The position numbers and the translations under genes are program-made. The notes below the pieces were generated by a model. It saw only the letters and a program-made list of their open reading frames with translations, was not told the origin of the DNA and did no database searches. A DNA stretch of 20,000 nt from NCBI GenBank assembly GCA_039545335.1, contig BCIN01000003.1:1925055-1945054 (forward strand). The letters run 5' to 3'. Source of the DNA: Kondoa subrosea. Lineage: Eukaryota. Numbering within the stretch: the stretch's first letter is position 1; each line of letters begins with the position of its first letter. Below, one piece after another: positions 1 through 11,307 of this stretch.

Positions 1-646
1 GACAAGCGTGATTTAACACTTCGAGAGAATTAGGTACAGCTGGATAATGATGCAGACCACACTCACCTTTCTCTAGATAACATCGTTGAGACTCTAGCTC
101 GTTTCCCTACACCACCCAAGAACTCAAGCAAGCTCATTTGCCCAAACCATTGCAGATTGTTTGCGACTTGCAGAGACCCACTTTTACTAGAAGTAGTCGT
201 CTGACGAGACTTTGCGAACGCCAAACCATCATGAAAGAAGCGAGTCATTTGAGTTGTAATGGCGTCTACATTGGCTTGCAAGACTGCAGGCGGAAGAGCG
301 TTCCTTTCCGTTGATCGGCCTGAAGGATCGCCTACAGATCCAGTTGCTCCTCCTATCTAGCTAGCCTTAAGACCCAGATCTATACTTCTCCAGTTTGGCA
401 TAAACTGACCAAAGCGATAACATTATGCCCTTCAAGCTGAAAGTGCAGAAGAGCGATCAAAGCCACAAGGTTACCGACATGTAGAGACTTTGCAGTAGGA
501 TCCACACCGAGATAAACCGTTTGAGGTGATTCGACATGCTTTCGTAAATTTCGACTCGTTAAGGCTGCTACCAAACCACGCTCTTCCAGTCTCGCTACCA
601 CATTCCTTGAAGCAGCAGAAGTCGTTAGCTGCCTAATCCATCTCAT
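1..646 (-). CDS. MSY1: Mitochondrial tyrosyl-tRNA synthetase, 5' part (runs off the left edge)
   Basis: Basic presequence [14 protein letters not shown]. Motifs [17 protein letters not shown] (HIGH-type), [18 protein letters not shown], and [16 protein letters not shown] after splicing. Exons 646-410, 356-67, 18-<1; GT-AG introns 409-357 and 66-19. Confidence 0.93.
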
Positions 647-802
647 TCAGTACTCTTCGCTGTTCATCTCACGAACTGAAGCTACTTAAACCCGGAATTC
701 AATGTTTTGATTGGGAAAGCATTTAGAAGCCGCTTCTGCGTCTCGGGTTGGCGCAGAAGCCTTACGCATCTCTTGTTGATGCTCCTCTTTCACTGAAGGA
801 CC
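647..802. promoter_or_regulatory. Compact divergent (probably bidirectional) promoter region between TyrRS and RdRP
   Basis: Only 156 bp separate the two head-to-head ATGs (646 on -, 803 on +). Confidence 0.55.
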
Positions 803-3800
803 ATGAGCGACCGCGGATACCTGGTCTGTACATCTAGTCATGCGAATATAGTCGTATCAACTCCTCCTCCTCGGCTGGATAGAGCCTTTGCAAGAATCCC
901 TTTCTTCTTACAACATGAATTGAGTCGGTACATTTCTGCTGGTGCTTTACAATGGGAAGACTTCAATGCTCCAGACCTGAAACCTTGGGCGGAAAAGCCA
1001 GACCTCAGGACTACATCCGCAAGAGCTGAGCCTGTTGAGTGCCGGAGCTTCTCTGAGTTTCATGGCATGTTGGGCGAGAAGATGCGAAGCAAACCTAGTC
1101 AAACAAGTTTTGTTGTCAATTCACCTCAGTACAATGTAACGCAAGAAGCGGAGACTCTGCATGTTCAGTCATTGAAGAAACAAGATTCTGGTATCGATCT
1201 CACTACAGCCGTACCGCAAACAACTCGAGTTCCCATCTTCCGTGGTGCATTGTCTCTGATTGAAAACCAAATCCATTTCAAGATAGCAGCACCAACATGG
1301 GACATTTCTACTCGTTTCTACCGGCAATACACTTACAAGCGTTGGCTACGAGTGTGTGTGCAAACGACACTAGAAAGAAGAGCTCAAGATTTGGATTCAG
1401 CTGTTCAAAAAGCGCTGAAAGAATTTCTTCGGCGACCTTTGGTTATTGCCGGTCTACATTATCGAGCTGTCTACCATAAAGATGGCTCTCTGTTCTTCTT
1501 TCTCGAAAAAGGACCAGCTTTCCCTCAAATTACGGATTTCGCTTATCGGCATATCAAATTTGAGCTCAATCCGGATATGACTGTAGCGAAATTCATTGCT
1601 CGGTTTAGCTTGTAAGTAAAGTATCTCATTGGTGTGGCCATTACTCAGATCTTTGCAGAGGATTTTCCAAGACCAAGGCAACAGTCGAATTCCCTTCTAC
1701 CGCTTTGCGCCTCGTTCCCGATGTAACATCAACTTCTCTACTTGTTGGTCGGACAATGATGAAAAACATTGCTGCTTCGCTCATGCTGCACTATGTGCCA
1801 AGTTTGTTCTTCTTCAATCGTAGTTCACGGTTAGCAGCTGATCTCCTTGGACAGGTGCGGTTAAGATGAAGACAAAAGATATCGACGTCGTCTATGTACT
1901 AGACCAATTGCAGAACCTCAACGAATCACAAGATTGGATTACTATCACTTCCGATATGTTTACGCTCAATGGCACCATAGAAGAGTTCAGACCTACTTTC
2001 TCAGCTACTCTTATTGGTGCTGAAGGAGAGGAACCACATACGACGACTTGTCAAATGGCTTTTCATTCAGTTCGCGATCGAGCAAAACTAAGAATTCAAT
2101 CCGGTCAATGGCCTGGAACAGGAGAAGTTATGACAGATGGATGTGCTGCAATAAGTCGGAGCGCTATGATGGAATGTGCCAAGTTCCTTGGATTGGCGGA
2201 AGTACCTAGTGCGGTTCAAGCTAGAATAGGTGGATCTAAAGGAATGTGGTATCTTGATCATGCTTTGGATTCGCGTGTAAGCCCAAATACGTCTATAAGC
2301 GTACGTCATCGATATTTATTATTAGAGTTACAGCATGACCCGCCCTGGATCGAGATCAGAGAAAGCCAGCACAAGTACAACGAAAGACCAGACTTCAAGT
2401 ATGTCCTCGAAGTTGTTCGGTGGTCTTCGCCTGGCACTACAGCGCAAATTGGTAAACAGATGCTCCAAGTGAGTGTGTATCATCTCTTCTTCTAATCAGC
2501 ATTTGACCTCCCGCTCAGGTTCTAGCTGATCGAGGTGTACCAAACAAAATCTTCACCGATCTACTTTGTTCAGCTTTGACCGAGAAGTTGGAAGATCTGC
2601 TCGCTTGGGACGATCCCTCTACGTTGAGGAGAGCAATCGAAATAGCAGGAAGAGTCAAATTTACCCGTGCCAAACTTCCTGCCCCTGCACCAGACGCGGA
2701 CGTTCTGCTTCAATCTCGATCGTCACACCGCAACGAAGAAGACGTGGATCTCCGGCGAGAAACAAGTACAGCCAGCTCGGACGATATCTTAGGTATCGGG
2801 GACGAAACTTTCGATCCGTATAGTGGTCTGCCTCGAACATCAGCGGAGCAAGTGATCGAGATGATTGATAATGGCTTTCAACCTGAACAGAATCTTTATA
2901 TGCAAGCTTGATGATTCCTGTTGTGAACATTGCTGACAGCCAACAATAGGGCAACCAAAATCAAGTCGCTTGTGGAACAAGTTATCGAGTCTACAACTCG
3001 CTTCAATGTCCCTATTGCAAGATCAACTACACTCTATGTTATCGTAGACCCGCTTGGCTGTCTTGCGCCAGATGAAATCTATGTTCAGCTTAGCGACGGC
3101 ATACTCGATCCGGACACGATGCAGAAAATCAGGGTCATCACGGGCGATGTATTGGTCACTCGATCGCCTTGCGTTCTGCCAACCGACATACGTAAAGTCA
3201 AGGCGGTCGATAAGCCAGATCTTCGCGTTTATCATGATGTCGTGGTCTTCCCTCGAAATGGTCATCGGTCCCTGTGTGGACTTCTCTCGGGAGGTGATTA
3301 TGATGGAGATACTATCTGCGTAATTTTCGAGCCGACATTGGTCCAGCCTTTTGTCGATGCGGCGGAAAGTTTCGCTGACGCGCCGTTCAATCCATCAGAC
3401 TTTTTCACCAGCGATGCAAGAAGTGTTGCTCAATTCTTACTGCCTCTGAAAGGGAACGATAATCGAGCGATCACTGACTGTCTGCTTGGTCCACTCTTTG
3501 CGCCTAGATTCTATGGTCTTATGTCTGAACTGCATACAAGCTTGATCTACACCAAGGGTCTATGCGATCCTCTGACCATCGAGCTTGCTCACCTGTTCGC
3601 GCTTTCTTTGGATGCAGCCAAAGCTGGCAAATGCTTCTTACCAGCTAAAGCTGCTCACTATCGCCGTACGTACACGCCTCCCACCCGGTAATAGCTCTGA
3701 TATCTTGTTTGTACGAACAGATCAATATAGTATCATGTCGAAGCCAGCATGGGTTCAGAAGGTGGATCAAATCGAATCTGCCCTTGATGGCTGGACAACG

Positions 3801-4832
3801 ATGAAGCGAGATGAGACGAAAGCTGCAAGACGACCTCGAACTATGGTAGAGCACGTCATGGGTAATTGCTTCGCCATGATACCTGTTATACCAAGCTGAC
3901 AGCTTGCTTAGATGCCTTGGCCAAAATTGGAGAGGAAGTCAAAGTTCAGCACAAAGCTGAAATACTCGAACGCGTAGAGCAGTGCGTGCGATCTTGTGAT
4001 GCAGACCTAGCGTAAGGCCTCTTGTCTAGTGATATGCATGCCAGCTGATTAGACACCTCGTTAGACGACCCTGGCTCGAATACCAACGTAAAGCAGAATC
4101 GGAACCTTTGCTCAAACAAGATCTCAGACTGATCGAATTATTAGTCAAGGTTAGAGCTTGTCCCGCTAGTCGAGCATTCACTGACCTCTAGCTGCTCAGG
4201 ATCTCGCGAAAAAATATGATATACTGGCATCTTCAGCAGCTAGACGTAACACACCTTCTACAGCGCTAGGGACATTGCAGATTTCAAATAGCTACGCTGC
4301 TTATCAAGCATCGTTGCAGAGTCTTGCAGCAGCCTTCATTACTGGCATCCCAATAGATCAGCTTGAAAGCCAGTACTTCAAAGGCTGTCCGGATGCGGCC
4401 AAGCGCTTGAGAGCAGTAAAGGTTTGTCAGCACCTCAAAATCTTCGTAAGCTGCTCAATGCCAAAGTGCAGGCTTCCGCTGTCTATGTCATCATGGTAAG
4501 CAAATCATTCTTGATATTCCTTCAGTCGCTTAGCTATCTTATCGCCTGTGCAGTTCAAAGAGATGCAGAAGTTTCCCTCATTCGGGAGCCGACTTAATTT
4601 ACCTTATGTCTTGGCTTTTCGAGACTTTCTGGCCTTGAAAGCGGACGCAGTGACAGCTGCTAGCTTAAGTAGGCAGATCGGGACAGCTAGCGAAGGAGTA
4701 AGTTCGCATGTCAATCGCCTGCTATGGACGCATTTGACACCGTTGCAGGCATCAGCTCAAAGAGTAGTACGACCTGTTTGGCTGGATTTAGAAACAAGGA
4801 AGACGAAAGTGAAAAGAAGAAGAGTTGCTTAG
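803..4832 (+). CDS. Cellular RNA-dependent RNA polymerase (RNAi RdRP, QDE-1/Rdp1 family)
   Basis: Motifs RFSLGFSKT, MTDGCAAIS, PSAVQARIGGSKGMW, VTRSPCVLPTDIRKVKAV, DVVVFPRNG and catalytic LSGGDYDGD (DYDGD at 3296-3310). Introns 1612-1658, 1802-1854, 2277-2333, 2469-2518, 2902-2949 (GC-AG), 3688-3730, 3862-3911, 4012-4064, 4150-4199, 4422-4471 and 4496-4553 give one open frame ending RKTKVKRRRVA*. Confidence 0.93.
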
Positions 4833-4949
4833 CCCCCGTGCGAAGCGTAAAATAGGAATTCTGGTTCAGTTCGGTTCAGTCCATAAAATGTTTTATATTA
4901 GGTTCATAGCACTTGTACACTTTACAACATCATAGAATTGCACACATTA

Positions 4950-7270
4950 TTATTGGCGTAGTACTTGACCTACTATCTCAGGCAGTTTATAAGGGGAATC
5001 TGAGGGTATCCGCCTCAACAAGTTGGCAGCTGTTGTTCCAAGTTCTTCGCGCGAATTTTCGTGTCCTCGCACCTCCCATTCTGATGGACTACCTTTGCCA
5101 GAGTATTCGAACTGGAAGACCATGTCAGCGGGAGTCTAAATGAGTATGCCAAGAGCTGACCATCACGAGACCTGCAGACCAAGGTCAGCAACTGTGATGT
5201 GGTGACCGAATGATAGCTCACCATTGCCTACTATATTACCCTGCCTATGAAACACCGACACACCTCTAGATACGGCATCAAGTTCCCAATATTGCGTTCG
5301 CAAGGCATAGGTAGCGATCTGCCGGGCAGTCAGCAATTGATCGTCGGTCTTGTTGGATTCCATCCATTGCTTAGTTAGCGACAGATAACAGTCGGCGAGC
5401 TAATGCAGAGAACATGAGCATATCCTAGAGTGCGAATAAGTGCATCGCCCACCTGCTGTCTTTGCTCTGCTAGTTCTGCTCTTCGTGCTGTATCTTTCTG
5501 TCTGTAATTCTCGCCAGGGACGACTTCTTTGTAATCCCAACTCCATTCTGTCTGGCCGCCCTGTCAATACTCAGTTACGTGAGCTCTGATAGAGCACAGT
5601 GTAGACTATGGCACCGACGAGTTCCGAAATCAAATGTTGCTTCGGTATATGAATAAAAAGATCCTCCGTGTTCTTGGTCTACGATATACTCAGCGACGGA
5701 ATTGAAAGAGCATCAATTGACTTACAAATTGTACTTTCGCTCGAACAACTGGATCAAGCATAGGTGCGACTACCTGTAAATCTTCACCTGAGAAAGTACC
5801 GGAATGACAGCGAAACGTACGAACCTTCCATATTCCTTGGAAAACCCATGGCGCCGAATGAACAAGTACGCAATTGAGTGACTCAGGATCTACAGACGAA
5901 AATCAGCTTGCATCTACAGAGTACATCAGCAGAGCTCACAGTATGCTTCAAGACACTTGACCAGGAATCTAGACAGTCAAGATCAATACAGGCAGAAGCT
6001 ATATTATAGTTTATTTACCCTCTGAAAAGGTGCAGATCAGAAATCAGCACAAGATATCAAGGAACGAAATCAGACATACAAACAGTTGTAATCTGTGAAC
6101 CTCCAAAAAGCGATAAGTCACCTAGGCGACACCTCGCTAGATCTGGACCCACCCATGTTCTTCAATCCGAAACCTACTTGAGATCTCAACAAGGTTCCTG
6201 TAAAGTACAGACTTAAGCTGACCTTCCATATTGCTATAGAATTACATTGAGCATGACATAAAGCTGAGCATACATTACTCACAAGCATATCGTGACTTTA
6301 TCAGCTGGCGGTGTGAGCAAACATCGAACGCATTCCATTGTAATGATGATAAGCTTTTCCAAAGACTGTAGGATACACTCTTTATTTAGCAGATATCCAG
6401 CAACAAGAATCACCACCCACAGCTTGCGGTTGATCTGACTGTTTATGCAAAGCCACGTTGATATACACTATCGGTCTACCAAAATGGTCAAAGCCTTGAG
6501 TATATGACTGTATCTCTATAAACACTTGCAACACATGAACATACGCACGAGTACTCACTTTGCCTATCCTAAGCTGATGAATGAAACCTTGAACGTCTTG
6601 CATGCCTTCTTCACCCAATTCCACAATCTTATCCACCTCGCTCTCTATCCTCCATTTCAAACAAGCAGCCAACATAGCCGAAGCAGCATTGGGAACCCAT
6701 TTCCTAGCTCTCAAAAATCTAAGCATAATAGAATCCGGATCATCCATAGCGATTAATTTCCAATAAGCATTCATGAATTTTTTAGATCCGTAAAGTTGTA
6801 AAGCTTCTCTAGCAGCTGCAATTTCTCTTTCTGCTCGAACTCTTTCTTTTTCTCCATCATCTTTTGGTGTAGATTTGGTCAAGTCTTCTCCTCCATTAGG
6901 TTTGCTGGATGATCGACCGCCTGAACCTTCTACTGGTGCAGAATAGACTAGTTCGAGAAAGTTCTGCAAGCAGCCTCTGGGTACTGAGCTGATGTACAGC
7001 TAAAGCAACAAGAGACGCTTGCCTTCCAGAACAACTTGAGCTGCCTATCTTGCTCAGCTATACCAAGCAGTATCAGCATGGTCTCATCTCGAGAGAGAAC
7101 ATGTGACTAACCTGTAAGCTTGCCAACGACTCCATCCGCTGGAAATGCCAGAAAGTCAATAATGATGCGCGATAGTAGGCGTGAGAGAGAGCGGACTCGG
7201 TAAAGGGTTCGCGCTATTCCATGAGTCAGTAAAGACTCTCTACGAGTGTCCAGAAACGTTACCTGATCAT
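4950..7270 (-). CDS. CRAL-TRIO/Sec14-family lipid transfer protein (Csr1/Sfh2-like), about 16 exons
   Basis: Spliced N-terminus MISANPLPTDGVVGKLTAEQDRQLKLFWK; DDPDSIMLRFLRARKW; GFDHFGRPIVYINVALH; FNMEGFGLKNMDYNCLGFLVKCLEAYYPESL; HSAPWVFQGIWK; PMLDPVVRAKVQF; LRTQYWELD. The last exon and the stop at 4950-4952 are less certain. Confidence 0.88.
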
Positions 7271-7402
7271 TCTAACTCAAACAGTCGTAGTAACAGGTGA
7301 AACAGATCGAAGCGCGAAATTGTGACACGCATCAAGTCGACCTCAAAGTATTCGAGAAGAGCTATAATCGAGTGAACCCTTGGAAATATGATGCATTGCA
7401 TG

Positions 7403-8250
7403 CTATCGCATTGATTTCGGCGGAGGAAACTTCAATACTTCAGACCTGCCTGCTTCCCCGTATTGCAGCAGCCCAACATAAGGCATGATATTGTACTGCA
7501 AGCTAAATGTAGCAGTGACGTTTCTGTGGGTTCGAACGACGCTTTTAGCTCTTGGAATGAGCATGAAGAATCAAACCACCCACTTGAAAGTATCTGTGAT
7601 TTCCTTGAAAGCATACTTGTTCTTCGCTTCACTTAAAGATATCTTAGCGTCCTTCTTTCTTCTTACTATCCTATCCCAAATAACTACTTGATTAACAGGC
7701 TGTAAGAGCATCGGCTCCATCAACCAGAACACACTGGTTTACAATGGAGGATGAGCTTACATAGGTACCTGTTTGATATTCTGCTACGAAATACACAAAG
7801 ACCTGCTTTGTGTTCCAATGAAATAAAGGTTGAAGATCTGTTCGATACCGATTTCATATAGAGCTTGATTATATAGCTAAAATGAAAGGCAGGACGAACC
7901 TGCAGAGATATCAAACCTAGCAAAAGCATACTCTCTTTCTTTCCTATCTCTATCATAGTAGTTATTCGACCTCCCAAGCATTCTAAGAACAGAACATACA
8001 TAAACATGAGATTTCTACAGAACGCTAGAGGAGGAGTAAGTGAGCTCACACATTCAAGGTATTGACTTTGAGAGAAGCAGGTTGAAGAGAATGAGGTTGC
8101 AAGTAGGAAACGAGTGAGATTGCAGCCAGGACAGTGAACAGAACAGAAGAAGCGAATGTGCTGTCATAGATCACGCCTTAGGGACGTGTAAAGATAAGCA
8201 AATTGGAGCTCATACGAGACTGCATTCAGCCTGGATAGCATGGTATGCAT
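7403..8250 (-). CDS. SPC3: Signal peptidase complex subunit Spc3/SPC22
   Basis: Missed by the ORF track because of introns. Spliced translation: MHTMLSRLNAVSTFASSVLFTVLAAISLVS...EYAFARFDISADLQPLFHWNTKQVFVYFVAEY...NQVVIWDRIVRRKKDAKI...KNKYAF...FSLQYNIMPYVGLL...PPPKSMR*. It includes the family signature LFxWNTKQVFVY. Confidence 0.92.
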
Positions 8251-8804
8251 CTTGGGCGAGAAGCGAGGGGATGCGAAATGATGTTCGCGGTGTCAAGACG
8301 AGCCAAGTCAATATTTGTCTCGACAGGGTACAGCGGCAATACACGTATAATAGTTGATGTGCATGCAATTACATATAAAGACATAGACAATATGCGACAC
8401 ATGAGGTGCAGTCCAGGCTTGTCCAGCATCTTGTTTCTTGGTGATGCGCAACATTGTCCATCAATGGCACAGTAAAATTTAGCAGCGAAGTAAGTACCAA
8501 TGAGATCGGGCTGTGTGATTTCAATCAGCAAACTCTTGAAAATACTGCGGCGAACGAACCCTGCTCATCTCGAATTAAGCTGGATGCATTGGCTAAATCC
8601 AGTTGCGAAGTGAAGAAATACTTGGTGCCAAAGCGAGAGAGGGCAAAGACTTAGACGGAAAGCGAATCATTGCTCATGCTTGTTGTGAAGCCAGTACTTC
8701 TGCAAGTGCCAGGCTCAAGTTTATCGATCGAAGATTCTGTATTCTGTACGACGACGAACTCCTGCCAGTCAGTACTCGACTAAAGCAGAGGCGATCGTCT
8801 TACA

Positions 8805-9510
8805 TTATGATCTGGCATATCCTCCATTGTTCTTGACTAATGACAAGCATTTGACATCTTCTGCCAATCGCCTAGCACAGCTTTCCAGACTCTCATCTTT
8901 CGTTCGCTCCATATCCACAACAGTCTTGAGTGCAGGTAACGCTCCTTTACGTGTTATCGGACCAGGTAAAAGTAAAGAGACTTTGCGCTTCGAGTATTTA
9001 ATGACTGAATCCGATTTCATGCTTTCGCCCAATATCTCTATTAAACACACATCAGCAGTCGCCTCAGGTCTGAAAAGAGAATAAGACTGAACCTCCTACT
9101 AGATCTTCCAACCTCGCACAAGGCTGTAACCAATCGAACAACTCCTTCGGTGCTTGATGACCGATTTCAAGAGGTAAGAGATTCAATTCCGATTCTTTCG
9201 CTAATCGATTATTGGTGACCATTAAAGCAATGTACAAATCCAAAACCCTCTTCTCCCTTGCTCCGACTAAGGGACCAGAAGTGTAAGGCCATACTAAATT
9301 CGTATTGTATGAAGGGAGGAAAGAGGATCGAAGAATAGCCATGGAGGCTAAGTAGAGTTTCTTGCTCGTCAGACGTACACCAACATGCAGATCGTTGAAA
9401 GTGCACAGAGAAAGAATTCTTAGTAAGGCATTATCTGGTAGAGCTTCCAGACTTGGTGCTTGCTTGTTGATGTCAGTCTCGCTGTAGATGGGCGGTATCT
9501 CTTCTATCAT
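8805..9510 (-). CDS. F-box domain-containing protein
   Basis: N-terminal F-box-like pattern SLEALPDNALLRILSLCTFNDLHVGVRLTSKKLY. One intron (about 9092-9038) joins ORF 9064-9510 to ORF 8805-9050 in frame. Confidence 0.65.
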
Positions 9511-9707
9511 GTACTAATGATGTGGGTATGAGCTGATTCGCAGTTTGGGACAAGAGCCATCTCTTCTCTAATCCACCGCAAAACAACATTTCTCGAAGTG
9601 TCGCTGTGCCTTGACCCTAGATCAGGGATCCCCTTATTACTACTGCTTCAGGGACCACCGACGCAAAGCTTACACCTCGACTGCCTTCTCGAGACGGTGT
9701 GCCTACA

Positions 9708-10677
9708 ATGAGCGCACCGGAGTGGAAACTTGCTTCAGTGATTGATGAATCTGGAGCTCATATTGGCGACATTCAGTCTCCCTTGGGATCCATTCTCCAA
9801 TGCGTTTTTGCATGGCTCACCAACCCAACCTCTCCAGATGCGGCCAAGATGCAGTCACTTTACATTCCAGCTCATTGCAATTACGAACAAGATATGATCG
9901 TCTACAGCTCTAGTCATCCCGCTTATAGAGCTGCTCAACTCCAGAACATTAGACACGATTTCGACTCGCTAGCCAAGATTGTCTCAGTATGTCATACTAT
10001 TGAAAAAGCAGATGATCTCTTTGGCTTCATCAAAACAAAGCGAAACTCATCTGAAGCACCGGAATTATGTTTTACTACTTCAGCTCTTCAGATGTTGTCT
10101 CTTTCAAGGAGTGATGAGGAACGTCAGCACATTTACATGGCAATCTTCCTTGTCTGCTTCCGCGAATTAGAGCACCTTTTGGGTCGCTGGGTCAGTTTTA
10201 CTGGACTTTCAAGTCACATTACGAGACTAACAACTGTCCTGTGTCAAACAGAAACGGGATTTTGTTCAAAGGTACCCCAATCAGGTCTTCAGTGACAACA
10301 GGTCGGACATCAGGGCATGGAGAGGAAGGCGGAGGGCTGATTGAGAACAAGCTAATTGATGGAGGACTCCAATCGTGGAATATCAGTGGAGATAGTAAGA
10401 CAGGCTTTCTCTGCATTCTGCTCAAAATCACCTCATACTAGAGCCAATAGAGCACAGTCCTGATCCCATTCTTGGGTATCGCTACTATCAGTTTCAAGCT
10501 ACAGTGCCTAATTCCTCTCAGCCTGATTATCACGTCCTCTCTGATTCCGACGTGCACTTGGTGTTGGAATACCTGCTCGACCCCGCAAGCGGTTACTGCC
10601 CGGTGCCATTCTTCCACCCTCCTGCCAAGATCAGAGTGCACAGCATTGCTGTTAAGTGGCATGATGGCCGCCGCTAG
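9708..10677 (+). CDS. Hypothetical protein with degenerate zincin-like motifs; possibly a pseudogene
   Basis: Three coding-like segments: MSAPEWK...CFRELEHLLGRW, then GTPIR...GEEGGGLIENKLIDGG, then PIEHSPDP...WHDGRR* (TAG 10675-10677). The second intron (GTAAGA...CTAG) joins in frame. The best splice sites of the first intron give a frame mismatch. Confidence 0.45.
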
Positions 10678-10836
10678 TGTATCAGTTTTTGCTTATCCTT
10701 TCACGCTGCAAGTTTCGGCTTCGACAACGAATGATACTTTGCTTGCCCTCAATCGACGCGGAATACAGCATACATCATCACTTCAGCATTCCTCACCGAT
10801 ATCTCACTCCGAGACCGACTCACCCACACTTTCAAA

Positions 10837-10874
10837 CGATAATGACACTGTCACTCGATAATGACACTGTCACT
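10837..10874. repeat. Perfect 19-bp tandem duplication (CGATAATGACACTGTCACT x2)
   Basis: Directly visible at 10837-10855 and 10856-10874. Confidence 0.9.
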
Positions 10875-10980
10875 ACTCCTGCTTCTTTTCCCACTTACCG
10901 CGGAATGAATGGACCTGTAGGCCAAGGTGATCAAGAAGGTTTAGTCGTTCATTTTCAAAAGTTTTGCGAATTGGTCATGA

Positions 10981-11002
10981 AGAGTTAGCGAGAGTTAGCG
11001 AG
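10981..11002. repeat. 10-bp tandem duplication (AGAGTTAGCG x2.2)
   Basis: Directly visible. Confidence 0.8.
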
Positions 11003-11307
11003 CATAAATTTCGCAATTCCTTTCATTCTGATGTATGTACTACTATTGTAATTGTTTGATCAATGTGCAGAAGATTATGATATGTCTATCTTTGCCTAAT
11101 TCTAACAGACGAATCCCACCTGATGTAATTGGACACTTCATTGAGAACCCAGATACTTAAAACGAGAGATCAAAAGGTTGGGCAAAAGAGGAAGAAGCCG
11201 AAATCGCGGGAGAGGAACAAAAGAGTACATGTAAACGCATGCATGCAATTTTATTTTTACTACAAATACACTTTGGACTGCGAAGAAGCAGCCCGTACAA
11301 CCCCAAT

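Noticed and set aside
803..4832. Endogenous viral polymerase
   Set aside because: It has the DxDGD double-barrel motif and 11 spliceosomal introns, so it is a cellular RNAi RdRP and not a viral GDD palm polymerase.
7720..8049. 109-aa ORF from the track as a separate gene
   Set aside because: It is a wrong-frame read through SPC3 exons and introns.
10837..10874. CRISPR-like repeat
   Set aside because: Only two adjacent copies, no spacers, and a eukaryotic context.
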